The position numbers were made by a program, and so were the translations under genes. From a virus (taxonomy: Duplodnaviria; Caudoviricetes), in the IMG/VR virus record IMGVR_UViG_3300022689_000138, positions 1 to 52,159 of that record: a DNA stretch of 52,159 nucleotides. One strand, 5' to 3'. A model generated the notes under the pieces. The model saw only the letters and a program-made list of their open reading frames with translations, had not been told where the DNA came from and made no database searches. Positions 7,792 to 17,682 of this stretch are shown here, one piece after another. The first letter of the stretch is position 1. Each line of letters begins with the position of its first letter.

Positions 7792-9747
7792 TTAATGAGT
7801 CCAATATTTTGTTATTACAGCATCTGCAGATAATTTTATAGTTTTACACCATCTATCTGCTGCTTTTTTCATGCATATTTCTAAAGCTCTAGCTGCTTTT
7901 TCTGCATAGTCTTCTCTTACCTCAATATTGATTTCATCATGAACTAGATTAGTGATAAAAACAACATCTTCAAGTTTATTATTAAGTATCCATTTTCTAA
8001 ATAATATAGGAGCAAGTTTAGTAATTGCCCCAGCTTCTCCTTGAATTGGATAATTTAAAGCATTTTTTTTAATTTTATTTATATCTTTATGATCCAATGG
8101 TTTATTAAACCAATTTTTACGTCCTGTAATAGGATCAATTAAAATATAACCTCTTTTTAATGCTTCGTTTTGTACTTTAGTAAAGTAGTTTTTAAGACCT
8201 GGAAATGCTTTAAAATAACTATTATATACTTCATCTCCTTGTGATTCGGGAATACCTAAATTTTCAGCTATAGTATACCCTGTACCACCATAATTAATAG
8301 CAAAACCAGCTGCTTTAGCAATCTGTCTTTTATCTTTATGATTAGCTTTAATTTCATCTAAAGATAATTTATTTAATTCTGGATATATTTTAGATGCTAT
8401 AAAACTATGCATATCTGTATATCCATTTAAATAAAAAGATTGTAAATCTACATCTTCTGATTTATTTGCTAATATTACTTGTTCTTGTCCGCTATAATCA
8501 GCATTTACAATATTCCACCCTTCTGGACTATCAAAGGCCTTTCTAAAATTTAAATCAGAAGGTATATTTTGTAAATTAGGACTACTACTACTTATTCTAC
8601 CAGTATTTAATATTTGTTTATAATTACTGTGTAGTCTATTAGTAATAGGATTAATATATTTAAAGAATTTTGTACCAAACGTAGTTACTGCTTGTTCTGA
8701 CTCTTTAAATTTAAGATATTTAATTGCAAATTCTTTATATTCTTTATTTTCTATGTTTACAAGGTGCGCTCTAACTATATCTGCTTTTACTGTATATGAC
8801 AGTTTTTTTGTTGTTTTAGAGACTTTTTGTGGGCATATATTTAAATATTTAAAGAATTCTATTACTTGTTTAGAACTTGTCCATTTAATATTACATTTTA
8901 GTTCTGTTGAAAATAAATCTAACTGTCTCTCAATGAATTTAGAATCACTATGTTTAAATAGTACATAGTTATCTAACTCACTTTGTCTCTGGTCGAATAC
9001 TAATTTATTAGCATCATATGTTTTTAACCATTGCTGTTGGTTAAAATACATACCTTTATATTCAATGTCCCCTATTGTAGGTATAAACAGCATTTCTAAA
9101 GATATACAATTAATTACATCTTTTTTAATAGCGTCTTTTTCTTGGTAATATTTTATTTTTAGAGGATTAATAATATCTTCAGCGCCATATTTTATCTGTG
9201 CTGTTGAAAATTCTTTATCACCAATATTGTAAAATTCCTCTCTAATTGTCTTATCTACTTTAATGTTTAAGTATCGTTTATTTAAGTCATTTAAACTAAA
9301 AGTATAATTAGATAAACCATTAAATAATATTTGATCAACAATCATTGTATCATAAACATTATTTATTTTAATATTATAATTTAATAGATGTTTATATTCA
9401 AATTTAATATTATGGCCTACTAATTGTATATTTTTATCTTCTAAAATAGGTTTTAAGACAGTAATATCATTAACTCTTACATCAATAATATACTGTCTTT
9501 CTAAATCACCTATTTGAAGCATGACTATTTTAGATAAATATGGATCTAAACCTTCTTTATTTGGGTTAGTGGTTTGGCTACCCCATTTAGATTTAAATTT
9601 ATTATCATATAAACCTTTATACTTAGCAGTAGTCTCGATATCTAAACCAAGACAATCTTGATTTTTTAGATACTTAATGCATTCTTCTATTGTAACTTGT
9701 TTAAAGTTACGGTTTTTTAATGGTTTTCCTACATAATATACATTCAT
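7792..9747 (-). CDS. polA: Family A DNA polymerase with 3'-5' exonuclease domain
   Basis: ExoI DIETT, ExoII HNIKFE, ExoIII YGAED; TGRISSSSPNLQNIP; motif A ADYSGQE; motif B RQIAKAAGFAINYG; motif C VHDE. Confidence 0.95.
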   Translation of the reverse strand: MNVYYVGKPLKNRNFKQVTIEECIKYLKNQDCLGLDIETTAKYKGLYDNKFKSKWGSQTTNPNKEGLDPYLSKIVMLQIGDLERQYIIDVRVNDITVLKPILEDKNIQLVGHNIKFEYKHLLNYNIKINNVYDTMIVDQILFNGLSNYTFSLNDLNKRYLNIKVDKTIREEFYNIGDKEFSTAQIKYGAEDIINPLKIKYYQEKDAIKKDVINCISLEMLFIPTIGDIEYKGMYFNQQQWLKTYDANKLVFDQRQSELDNYVLFKHSDSKFIERQLDLFSTELKCNIKWTSSKQVIEFFKYLNICPQKVSKTTKKLSYTVKADIVRAHLVNIENKEYKEFAIKYLKFKESEQAVTTFGTKFFKYINPITNRLHSNYKQILNTGRISSSSPNLQNIPSDLNFRKAFDSPEGWNIVNADYSGQEQVILANKSEDVDLQSFYLNGYTDMHSFIASKIYPELNKLSLDEIKANHKDKRQIAKAAGFAINYGGTGYTIAENLGIPESQGDEVYNSYFKAFPGLKNYFTKVQNEALKRGYILIDPITGRKNWFNKPLDHKDINKIKKNALNYPIQGEAGAITKLAPILFRKWILNNKLEDVVFITNLVHDEINIEVREDYAEKAARALEICMKKAADRWCKTIKLSADAVITKYWTH

Positions 9748-9919
9748 TAATGAAATTTAATTAATTAAACTATTCTGCTTAATTAATATATTTCATAATT
9801 TAAATGTAAAGGTTTCCAATAACCATATTTTAATAAATGTTTTGCTTTTCTATAAGAGTAAAACCAGTCAGCTGACCATTTGTTTGATTTTAATAACATA
9901 CCCCCTGGTTTTTTTTCTT

Positions 9920-10192
9920 TTAGACATGATTATTTGATTTATTTATTGCTTTAAAGTTTTTTATATAAAATTGAATAGATATTACTGAGTTTAATATTAA
10001 ATAATAAATTAAAAACTCACTTTTCCATAATTTATTGTATTGTTTGTTTTCTAACATATTAGGAATATCTGGAAAGAGGTTAATTTTAAATAAAAAACTA
10101 ACCTCTATAAATAATAACATAAAAGAAAACATAATTACAAAAATTATTAAATATGTAATAATAATTATACTTATTTTTTCAATTATTTTCAT
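9920..10192 (-). CDS. Hypothetical membrane protein
   Basis: Two hydrophobic segments. Confidence 0.6.
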   Translation of the reverse strand: MKIIEKISIIIITYLIIFVIMFSFMLLFIEVSFLFKINLFPDIPNMLENKQYNKLWKSEFLIYYLILNSVISIQFYIKNFKAINKSNNHV

Positions 10193-10500
10193 ACAGTTAC
10201 TCTTAATTGATCCTCAGTAAATGTTCTAATCAATTTTGTATAAGGAACTTCTATATTTCTTTTAAATTGTTTAGCATACGTCTTTAAAATAATATCCATA
10301 CATTCTTTAAGTGTACGACCATTAGAATGTTCAGATTTCACATATTGTGCAACTAAAGAATTTAATCCTGCTGGGCTAATAAATTTATTAGGAATAAATA
10401 CATCACCTAACATGTACCCTTTAAGATATGCAATGTGAGCTGAAGTTACTCTTGTACCAATTCTGTAAGCTTTTGGTTTAAAATGTCTGTTTTGTCTCAT
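10189..10500 (-). CDS. Hypothetical protein
   Basis: ORF track; operon packing. Confidence 0.7.
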   Translation of the reverse strand: MRQNRHFKPKAYRIGTRVTSAHIAYLKGYMLGDVFIPNKFISPAGLNSLVAQYVKSEHSNGRTLKECMDIILKTYAKQFKRNIEVPYTKLIRTFTEDQLRVTV

Positions 10501-10503
10501 TTT

Positions 10504-10695
10504 TTATTGTTTTAACATTTGACTATATGGTTCTACTGTATATAATTTAAATATATACAATTGTGTACTATTTAATTTATAATTTTTTACTGCATTATAA
10601 ATAAATTTTGAAGCAATTCTTCTTTGTATTATATTTTCACAGCTTAAACTTATACGCATTAACCATGAAAATAATAATGGTGGTAATTCTTTCAT
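10504..10695 (-). CDS. Hypothetical protein
   Basis: ORF track; operon packing. Confidence 0.55.
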   Translation of the reverse strand: MKELPPLLFSWLMRISLSCENIIQRRIASKFIYNAVKNYKLNSTQLYIFKLYTVEPYSQMLKQ

Positions 10696-10716
10696 TATTT
10701 TATATAATATTTTAAG

Positions 10717-10926
10717 TTATAAGTAATATAAAATTACAATTATATTAATAAAAAACATAATTGTACAAATGAATAATAACCCAATAAATAATTTACCAAG
10801 TATATTAGGTAAATTACCCAGTTTAAATTCATTTACTTTAAATTTTTTATCAACAATAAAATGTCCTAGTAAATAACCTAATAAAAATACCATTATTACG
10901 ATTATAATAGGTATAAAATTATTCAT
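10717..10926 (-). CDS. Small membrane protein
   Basis: Two hydrophobic helices. Confidence 0.6.
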   Translation of the reverse strand: MNNFIPIIIVIMVFLLGYLLGHFIVDKKFKVNEFKLGNLPNILGKLFIGLLFICTIMFFINIIVILYYL

Positions 10927-11155
10927 TTTGTTTTGATTTATATATTTTTATTAATATTTTATCTCCAACTTGTACACTATCTTGTGATAATACTACATGT
11001 CCTCTATCCGTTATTAATCTATAATAAGGATGTCCTCTTTTAACTATTAATGTATTATCTATTGCTACAACTGTTTCTGTAGCTACATATCTATATGAAT
11101 TACAAGATAAAATAAATAATATACTAATAAATAAAATTAATTTTGTTTTTTTCAT
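10919..11155 (-). CDS. Putative lipoprotein
   Basis: MKK + hydrophobic stretch + ILSC lipobox. Confidence 0.7.
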   Translation of the reverse strand: MKKTKLILFISILFILSCNSYRYVATETVVAIDNTLIVKRGHPYYRLITDRGHVVLSQDSVQVGDKILIKIYKSKQNE

Positions 11156-11171
11156 ATGTTTTTAATTTTAA

Positions 11172-11351
11172 TTAGTTTTCTTCTTCATTATATAATAAAT
11201 AAATAACTATACATATACAACCAGACAAACAAGTAATTACTGATACGTATTTACTAAAAATAATATATTCTGCTAATACTGATATAGCACTAACTACAGT
11301 CAATAAAATTGTAATACATATTGTAATTATAAATAATTGAAAATGTTTCAT
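11172..11351 (-). CDS. Small membrane protein
   Basis: Two hydrophobic helices; start moved to MKHFQ, which avoids overlap. Confidence 0.55.
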   Translation of the reverse strand: MKHFQLFIITICITILLTVVSAISVLAEYIIFSKYVSVITCLSGCICIVIYLLYNEEEN

Positions 11352-11368
11352 ATTGTTTAATTTTAAGG

Positions 11369-11752
11369 TTAATAATTCCATGGTATTTTGTACTTTGTAC
11401 CATCTTTTAATGTTAATATAGCATCAATATTACCATGTAATTGACATCCTTTACCTATATGTAGTTGAGATCCAGGATATTTTTGAGCTATTAATTGTAT
11501 TTGTTCTTTAGTAGTGTATTGCCTGATAGTAGGTAGGTAAAACAATGCATATTTTCTTTCCATTTTAATATTGAAAAAGTAAATATATTCCTTGTCAATA
11601 TTTTTACACACAAATTCTTTATTTTTAGTTGTTCTAAATTTTTTACCAATTAATTCACCACTTTTTACTTCGTCTAAATGACTTCTTCTCCAATGATATT
11701 CTTCTGGTTTGAATGTAGAAATACCTAATTCTTGTAGTGTTTTAGTTTCCAC
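11369..11752 (-). CDS. Hypothetical protein
   Basis: 127-aa ORF, GTG start. Confidence 0.7.
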   Translation of the reverse strand: METKTLQELGISTFKPEEYHWRRSHLDEVKSGELIGKKFRTTKNKEFVCKNIDKEYIYFFNIKMERKYALFYLPTIRQYTTKEQIQLIAQKYPGSQLHIGKGCQLHGNIDAILTLKDGTKYKIPWNY

Positions 11753-11774
11753 TTATTTACTTTTAAAATTAATA

Positions 11775-12575
11775 AATAAGTATAAGCTGCCTAACCTATA
11801 CTTTTATAAACGCAATTAACATCACTTGCACTTCTATTTCTAGTCAGTGCTTACCTCTTTAGTTTTTTAACACTATGAGTCAATCAGAGTTGTTTAAGGT
11901 ACAACTCTATAGACCTTTACAATAGTTTATTCATATTGTATAATTCTAATAAAACTACCTAAAAATAAATTATACTCAAACACGCCATTAGTGTTATGAC
12001 TATTAGCACCATCTATAATAGCCATTGGCTTGTTAACTACACGCTGTAGAAACTATTATAAATGGTCACGAGATAATATCCACACCTTACATTTCAGATG
12101 ATTCGTGCTTATCTCTTGCAATAGAACTCCTAACTCTATTAATAAGATGTGTTGTTACACCAAAAGGATAGAACTAAACTTACTAACTTACATGTACAGT
12201 TTTCAGTCTTTAATCATTCTAACTTTCCATTGTTTTACGTTGTATACACGCTATATAATTTCCCTATTCTTTAAATGATGGCTACTTCTAAGCCTACATT
12301 TCTTATTATTATCCAACATATCCATAAATACAGTTGGTAGAGTTGATAGATTTAATATGTTATTGTTACAGTTATCAGTAGACATTAAAGCCCATTCTAC
12401 ATCTCCATTAAACACGCCCTTAATAAAGAGTATTTCCACAGGGTTTGTTGTGAAACTCTTAAAGCCCTCATATGTTTTCAGACTCTGTGCAATCGTAACA
12501 GTAATGGTACTACAATTTATATTCTATCTTCTAATATTTTAAGTGCTGGTAGGTTTCAGTTCACTTTTAATATAA
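11775..12575 (-). ncRNA. Candidate large structured RNA (unassigned)
   Basis: About 800 nt without a convincing ORF; many stems, e.g. ACCAUUUAUAAUAGU/GCUAUUAUAGAUGGU, AAGUAUAGGU/GCUUAUACUU, AGAGUUGU/ACAACUCU; plus-strand mismatches read as G.U pairs on the minus strand. Confidence 0.5.
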
Positions 12576-12577
12576 GA

Positions 12578-13048
12578 TTATTTTATTAATTCACTGATTT
12601 CTTGTATTGCATGCCATTCTGGTGCTATAATATAAGAAACACCCATTGGTAATAGTATAAGTGATCCTATTAATAATAGTGTTGATAAAATTGATAATAT
12701 AATAAGAAAAAATGTTACATTATCTTCATCATAAGGACCGTATCTACTTCCACTTTCTTTTATTTCTTTTTTAACTCTCATGTACTCTTTATAAGTTAAG
12801 AAACACATAAAAAAAGTTAATAATACTACTGTAAGTATTGAAATACCTTGAGCATAGACGTACTTAATAGATATTTCAAAGCCTTGTTGAGCAAGAGGCA
12901 TAGCTTCATCAATAAGATTAGTAAACCCCTCTGTAGTTTTATCAATATATTTATCAATAATACGTTCTGAATTTGAAATTACAGGTTGTTCCTGTGAAAA
13001 TACATTTAGTGATAATACTAATGTTAGAAATAAGAATAATTGTTTCAT
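12578..13048 (-). CDS. Membrane protein with signal peptide
   Basis: N-terminal signal (MKQLFLFLTLVLSLNVFSQ) and two TM segments. Confidence 0.75.
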   Translation of the reverse strand: MKQLFLFLTLVLSLNVFSQEQPVISNSERIIDKYIDKTTEGFTNLIDEAMPLAQQGFEISIKYVYAQGISILTVVLLTFFMCFLTYKEYMRVKKEIKESGSRYGPYDEDNVTFFLIILSILSTLLLIGSLILLPMGVSYIIAPEWHAIQEISELIK

Positions 13049-13257
13049 TGTTTTGTTGTTTTTGAGTTATTATTTAATTTGAAATAGTGTTTTGAATGCT
13101 CTTCTTCTATTGTGTATACAATACTAGATAGTAAAGTAAATATCATACATACTACTAAAGATATTAGTACTTCTTCTTGCATTTTTAATATTGCAAATGT
13201 TAATGCAATAAGTGATGTTAGTAATACTAAGATTACTGATAGTTTAAATCCTCTCAT
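13045..13257 (-). CDS. Small membrane protein
   Basis: Two TM segments; ATGA overlap. Confidence 0.65.
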   Translation of the reverse strand: MRGFKLSVILVLLTSLIALTFAILKMQEEVLISLVVCMIFTLLSSIVYTIEEEHSKHYFKLNNNSKTTKQ

Positions 13258-13360
13258 GGTTTTGTTATTTATATTATTATAATCAATTCTATCTCTCTTA
13301 CTATTTTAAAGATTATAACCTCACCTTCATGTATTTCTACAATCCAGTGAGGTTTAAATA

Positions 13361-13546
13361 TTACCAAACTAAAAGCAAGTTGTTTTCTAACTTAACTTTA
13401 AACACATAATCAGCAGGTCTTTTGGAATTAATCAACACTCTAGTTAAAGCTGGAGTAATGTAAAATTTTCCAATCATACAATTATGATTTTCCCATAAAT
13501 CGCTTAACAATTCAGTGGCTGTTCCTTGTCTGTCTATATCGTTCAT
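13361..13546 (-). CDS. Hypothetical protein
   Basis: ORF track. Confidence 0.6.
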   Translation of the reverse strand: MNDIDRQGTATELLSDLWENHNCMIGKFYITPALTRVLINSKRPADYVFKVKLENNLLLVW

Positions 13547-13578
13547 ATTTAACTTATTTTTTATTAGAGTTTAAATTA

Positions 13579-13878
13579 TTATATCCATTTATATGTTAAT
13601 GTATTACCATTTACACCAAAGTATTTATCATCTTTAGTATGTGTCACTTTAACTTCAAAAGCTATCCAAGTTTTATAAAATTCATCATCAGATAAATTTA
13701 AATTTCTTCTAACACTACTATCTAATCCCATTAAACTATTTATAGTTTTCTGGTAATTAAATTCAGATACAAATACTTCTTTTGGAAAATTAGGATAATG
13801 TTTTTCATTTACTTTAATTTCTAATTTGATTACTTCGTTTTCTTCATCAAATAAGTTATTGTCTTTTTTGTATAACAT
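13579..13878 (-). CDS. Hypothetical protein
   Basis: ORF track. Confidence 0.7.
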   Translation of the reverse strand: MLYKKDNNLFDEENEVIKLEIKVNEKHYPNFPKEVFVSEFNYQKTINSLMGLDSSVRRNLNLSDDEFYKTWIAFEVKVTHTKDDKYFGVNGNTLTYKWI

Positions 13879-13899
13879 GATTATGTTATTTAAATTATT

Positions 13900-14575
13900 A
13901 AACCTGACATTTTAACTAATAGGATTTTCTCACTATTAAACTTAATACAATAAGGCATCCGTCCTTGCTGTCCTCACAACCATTATGGAATTGTTACATT
14001 TACGTGAGTTTTCTGTACTTTAATTGCATTAAGATGTTTCAACTTTTATTTATACACATTTAAGTCACTCATCAGAGATTTTCTCGTGTTATTAACTTTT
14101 AAATACTCTGCTTCCTCCTACTGCCTATACTGACTGGTAGTTTTCACTAGAGATATTTATAAAGTTAATTGTACATCCAACTAATATTACTTTCATCATA
14201 TAATTCATGATGATTAATTCTATTAGATGTTTGTGGAACTGTTGGGCTCATTAAATCAGCTATTTCTAAACTGAAATTATTGAACATTTTCACACTTAGG
14301 TTTTTTTGCATGACTTCTATATTAAATTAGTAAAACAGCTATAAAATAAAGTAGTCATGATAGTTTTGAGGAATGTAATATGTGTGAAAAGAGGTGCTGG
14401 TGGATTATACACCATTCACTCTCCTAAATAGTCTATCCTAACACCTCTTCTATCAGATTCACACACATCTAGTAATAACGTAAAAACAAAACTAAGAGTC
14501 ATCAGTTCTGTAGTTAACATTAAACTAGCCTTATGACATAGTCTCCCTTCGGTCGACCACGCTATAAGTTACACC
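13900..14575 (-). ncRNA. Candidate large structured RNA (unassigned)
   Basis: About 680 nt with no ORF of 60 aa or more; nested stems TGTGTGAA/TTCACACA (14381/14458), AAGAGGTG/CACCTCTT (14389/14442), TGGTG/CACCA; also AUUAACUUU/AAAGUUAAU and CUUAAUGCAAU/AUUGUAUUAAG. Confidence 0.5.
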
Positions 14576-14583
14576 ATTAGAAT

Positions 14584-14605
14584 GAAAGGGGGGTTTCCCC
14601 CCCTA
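14584..14605 (-). terminator. GC-rich hairpin, probable terminator or processing stem
   Basis: Minus strand AGGGGGG-GAAA-CCCCCCUUUC just after the 14614 stop; U-tract short. Confidence 0.6.
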
Positions 14606-14613
14606 TTGGCTGA

Positions 14614-15060
14614 TTAGTCTACCTCATCAATTACTTCAGCTTTCTTAGCCTTTTTAGCTTTTTTCTTAGTTTTTTTGGCTTTAGGCTCTTCAGGCACTTC
14701 CCAATAGTTGTCTTCCTCACTCTTAATCAAAACTACTACATCTTGGCTGTTCATCATATAGTCTAAAGCCTTTTCCTCAGTAAGTTTGATTTGTTTCTGA
14801 AAGTCAAATTGTCTCACCTCAACTTTGTCGTTAAAACGCTCGTCACCTGGCTCATGCTCAGTAACTTTAAATGCATACACATTGTCAGCTTCAACGCCAG
14901 AATTTTCAGCAGCGGTGCCGTCCATAAGGTTAATACCTCTCGGTGATTTCCCAGCGATTGGGTCAAGTACTAAAGGCAGTACACCATGCTTGTTAGCTCT
15001 AATCTTGTCTGATTCGGAAGTGATCGCTCTTACAGAAGCAATCATGTTAAATACTTTCAT
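14614..15060 (-). CDS. Hypothetical protein, first gene of the leftward arm
   Basis: 148 aa; Lys/Ala-rich segment then acidic tail; nucleic-acid binding possible but unproven. Confidence 0.8.
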   Translation of the reverse strand: MKVFNMIASVRAITSESDKIRANKHGVLPLVLDPIAGKSPRGINLMDGTAAENSGVEADNVYAFKVTEHEPGDERFNDKVEVRQFDFQKQIKLTEEKALDYMMNSQDVVVLIKSEEDNYWEVPEEPKAKKTKKKAKKAKKAEVIDEVD

Positions 15061-15194
15061 AAGTAATAAAATTTAAAAAGTTAATAAATGTACCCAGGGG
15101 TACGCTCAAAACCAAAAAAGAGTGGGGGGTGATTGTTAGATTATCCAACGTAACCATCCATGAAAAAAAATTTCAAAAAAAATTTTAAAAAAAA

Positions 15195-15226
15195 TTTGGA
15201 AATGTCAATTATTTTTTGTACATTTG
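15195..15226 (+). promoter_or_regulatory. Bacteroidota-type promoter
   Basis: TTTG (15195) + 20 nt + TACATTTG (15219). Confidence 0.8.
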
Positions 15227-15264
15227 TAATATAAAAAATAAAAAAACCAAAATTAAATAAATAA

Positions 15265-15594
15265 ATGGACGAAACCATATTAAAAGGTTGGAAAATTTTA
15301 GCAACAAGTAGGTTTAACCTAAGATATCCTAAAATAGATTTAGGAGTAACACTTCCACACAGTAAACATGGAAGAGGTGATATAAAAATGGAAACTTTTA
15401 TAAGAAGTAAAAATAAAGAAAAATTAATGTTTGTTAGAGATAGTTTTAAATATAGTGTCAATGAAGATGTATTTGAAATCATAGAAACCTTTAAAAAACA
15501 CTTTATAAAAAGGTGTGAATTAACTATAGATAAAGGAATTTTTAATTCCCAAACATCTATAAATGAACCTCATAAACTAAATATTAAAAAATAA
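15265..15594 (+). CDS. Hypothetical protein
   Basis: ORF directly after the promoter; A-rich leader. Confidence 0.7.
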   Translation: MDETILKGWKILATSRFNLRYPKIDLGVTLPHSKHGRGDIKMETFIRSKNKEKLMFVRDSFKYSVNEDVFEIIETFKKHFIKRCELTIDKGIFNSQTSINEPHKLNIKK

Positions 15595-15605
15595 TTACAA
15601 AAAAA

Positions 15606-15637
15606 CTTGCATATGTCAAAAATATTTTGTACCTTTG
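15606..15637 (+). promoter_or_regulatory. Bacteroidota-type promoter
   Basis: CTTG + 20 nt + TACCTTTG; shares ATGTCA in the spacer with the 15195 promoter. Confidence 0.75.
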
Positions 15638-15762
15638 TAAAAGTTTTGGAACAAACAAAGAAAAGTAACAAAAGAAATATATAGTTATATATTATATATA
15701 TATTATATATATACTATATTTTTTATATTATAGCTATTTTGTAAAATACAACTAAAAAGACA

Positions 15763-16089
15763 ATGATTACAGAACAAAACATAATAGACAGAAATTTTAC
15801 TTTATATGCAGATGTTAAAGAAGACATAGTAATTGACACTGGGTGGAAAGAGTACTTAGCAGAAGGCACAAGGACATCTGGAACTAAAAAAAGAGTATCA
15901 GTTATATCACTAACATTATACAATAACAATGAAGTAAAAATTACCAACTGGTTTAATCAACCTTTATTCCCAAGAGAGTTTTTCTTTTTAGGAGAAATCA
16001 CAACGGTTGAAGAATTAGACACAGCGTTAGAAAAAATTAACTTTGATTTAAAAAAAATAAACTTAAATGAATTGCACAAATACAAATAA
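15763..16089 (+). CDS. Hypothetical protein
   Basis: ORF track. Confidence 0.7.
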   Translation: MITEQNIIDRNFTLYADVKEDIVIDTGWKEYLAEGTRTSGTKKRVSVISLTLYNNNEVKITNWFNQPLFPREFFFLGEITTVEELDTALEKINFDLKKINLNELHKYK

Positions 16090-16113
16090 TAACTTTATAT
16101 ATTTTAATGACGA

Positions 16114-16407
16114 ATGGAATACAGAGAGAGAGTCAGCATAGATGTATTTAATAAATACTTAGAAATAAAACAAGATATACTCTCAAACTTAAAAGAGGTG
16201 TTTTTAAGGCCGAATTATTACACAAGGAAGTATAGAGGTAACCTTAACACAGAAATCAACGTAGCGGTATCTGAAAATGATTTTAGAGAGCATTCTGTAC
16301 AGATCTTCGTAAGACATGATGGAGTATATATAATAGATAACATGTTATATGATAGTAAAGGACTTAAAGAAAGTAAAATTAGAACAAACATATCAGATTA
16401 TGAATAA
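16114..16407 (+). CDS. Hypothetical protein
   Basis: ORF track. Confidence 0.7.
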   Translation: MEYRERVSIDVFNKYLEIKQDILSNLKEVFLRPNYYTRKYRGNLNTEINVAVSENDFREHSVQIFVRHDGVYIIDNMLYDSKGLKESKIRTNISDYE

Positions 16408-16672
16408 TGAAGAAATAAAAGACATATTAGACAATGCTTTTACAGTAATGATCTCAACTAAAGAAAAGGGATTATTAAACGAGCATGGTAGTATTGATAA
16501 ATACAAATTAGAAAAAGCCAAAGAAAAAGCACTTAACTTTGCAAATAAGTATCTAACCAATGAATTTGTAAAAGTAGAGTTTGATGGAGAAGGATTAGGA
16601 TTAAATATAGACATGAAAGTACTAAGTGGAGAAGATTATAACAAATTAATTCAATTATTAGACAATGAGTAG
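16400..16672 (+). CDS. Hypothetical protein
   Basis: ORF track 16349; likely start at MNNEE overlapping the upstream stop. Confidence 0.65.
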   Translation: MNNEEIKDILDNAFTVMISTKEKGLLNEHGSIDKYKLEKAKEKALNFANKYLTNEFVKVEFDGEGLGLNIDMKVLSGEDYNKLIQLLDNE

Positions 16673-16949
16673 TTTTATGAAGGCTGGTAAAAAACAATCA
16701 GTAAAAAATCTTAATTTAAAAAGAATAAAGGCTATTAAAGGAATTCTAGCTGAATTAGATGATGCAGCATACGATATTATAAAATCAAAGGAGCAAGTCT
16801 CTGAAGATAATATAGAAGAGTTAGCTGAAAAGTATATGGGAAGAAAAATAGATAAAATGGAAAAAAATATACTTCTAGCAAAACTTAAACATTTTGAAAA
16901 AGTATTAGAAGATGAAAGACAAAAACTACAACAAAATAAATCTAAATAA
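16665..16949 (+). CDS. Hypothetical protein
   Basis: ORF track; overlap packing. Confidence 0.7.
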   Translation: MSSFMKAGKKQSVKNLNLKRIKAIKGILAELDDAAYDIIKSKEQVSEDNIEELAEKYMGRKIDKMEKNILLAKLKHFEKVLEDERQKLQQNKSK

Positions 16950-17214
16950 TGTTAAATCTTTTTTATCAGCTCATTATAGTATGTTTCTTAATATATTTGA
17001 TTTATACCCAGAGCATAAAAAAGAACAAGTAGCATATAGACTAAGTCTTTGTGATGACTGTATAAAAGAAGGGGAATGTCCTTATTGTGGATGTCCACCA
17101 GAAAAAAAAGCTTTTGCTGATAAATCATGTAATAAAGGAGATAGATTTCCAGATATGTTAAACAAAACAGAATGGGAAGAATTTAAAAAAGAAAATAATG
17201 TTCAAACACTATAA
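16912..17214 (+). CDS. Cys-rich hypothetical protein
   Basis: CDDC...CPYCGC...C. Confidence 0.7.
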   Translation: MKDKNYNKINLNNVKSFLSAHYSMFLNIFDLYPEHKKEQVAYRLSLCDDCIKEGECPYCGCPPEKKAFADKSCNKGDRFPDMLNKTEWEEFKKENNVQTL

Positions 17215-17392
17215 AGTAATAAAAGAAAATGTAATTGATTTATTAGACGACTTAGATTATTTTGAAGAAAAAATGGAAGTGTTTAATAAAAAATATAATG
17301 GATATTCTTATGAAATAAAAATAAATAAAGAAGGTAACACCTGGGAAGGTGATGTAAAAATAACTAAAAATGAAAAAACTAAAACTACTTAA
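17198..17392 (+). CDS. Hypothetical protein
   Basis: ORF track. Confidence 0.6.
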   Translation: MFKHYKVIKENVIDLLDDLDYFEEKMEVFNKKYNGYSYEIKINKEGNTWEGDVKITKNEKTKTT

Positions 17393-17681
17393 AGAGGCAC
17401 TTGATCATATGGAGTATTATAATAATATGGCTCCTTTTCCAATATATGACACAGGTGTTGTTGAAGAACTAAAAGACTATATTAAAATAATGGAAAAAGC
17501 ACCTAAAGAAGAATACGATAATATTCCAGTTGCTTCGTGTAGACATTGTTTAAGTGCATTTATTATTGTAGATGAAAATAACAATGATATATGTGGTAGA
17601 TGTGGCTCTGTTAATGAAATAGAAATATATAAAAATATACATGATTATTTATTAATGAGAGATAACGTAGACGAAGAATAA
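17370..17681 (+). CDS. Zinc-ribbon protein
   Basis: CRHC...CGRC. Confidence 0.7.
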   Translation: MKKLKLLKEALDHMEYYNNMAPFPIYDTGVVEELKDYIKIMEKAPKEEYDNIPVASCRHCLSAFIIVDENNNDICGRCGSVNEIEIYKNIHDYLLMRDNVDEE

Positions 17682-17682
17682 T

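Noticed and set aside
12251-12542. ORFs 12251-12439 (-) and 12357-12542 (+)
   Set aside because: Short, mutually overlapping, no motifs, and inside a stem-rich region; treated as probably spurious, though not excluded.
14030-14090. Hammerhead-like CUGAUGA...GAAAC on the minus strand
   Set aside because: Stem II lacks the G-C closing pair and no compatible stem I/III with a cleavage triplet could be built; a second CUGAUGA near 14500 has no nearby GAAA.
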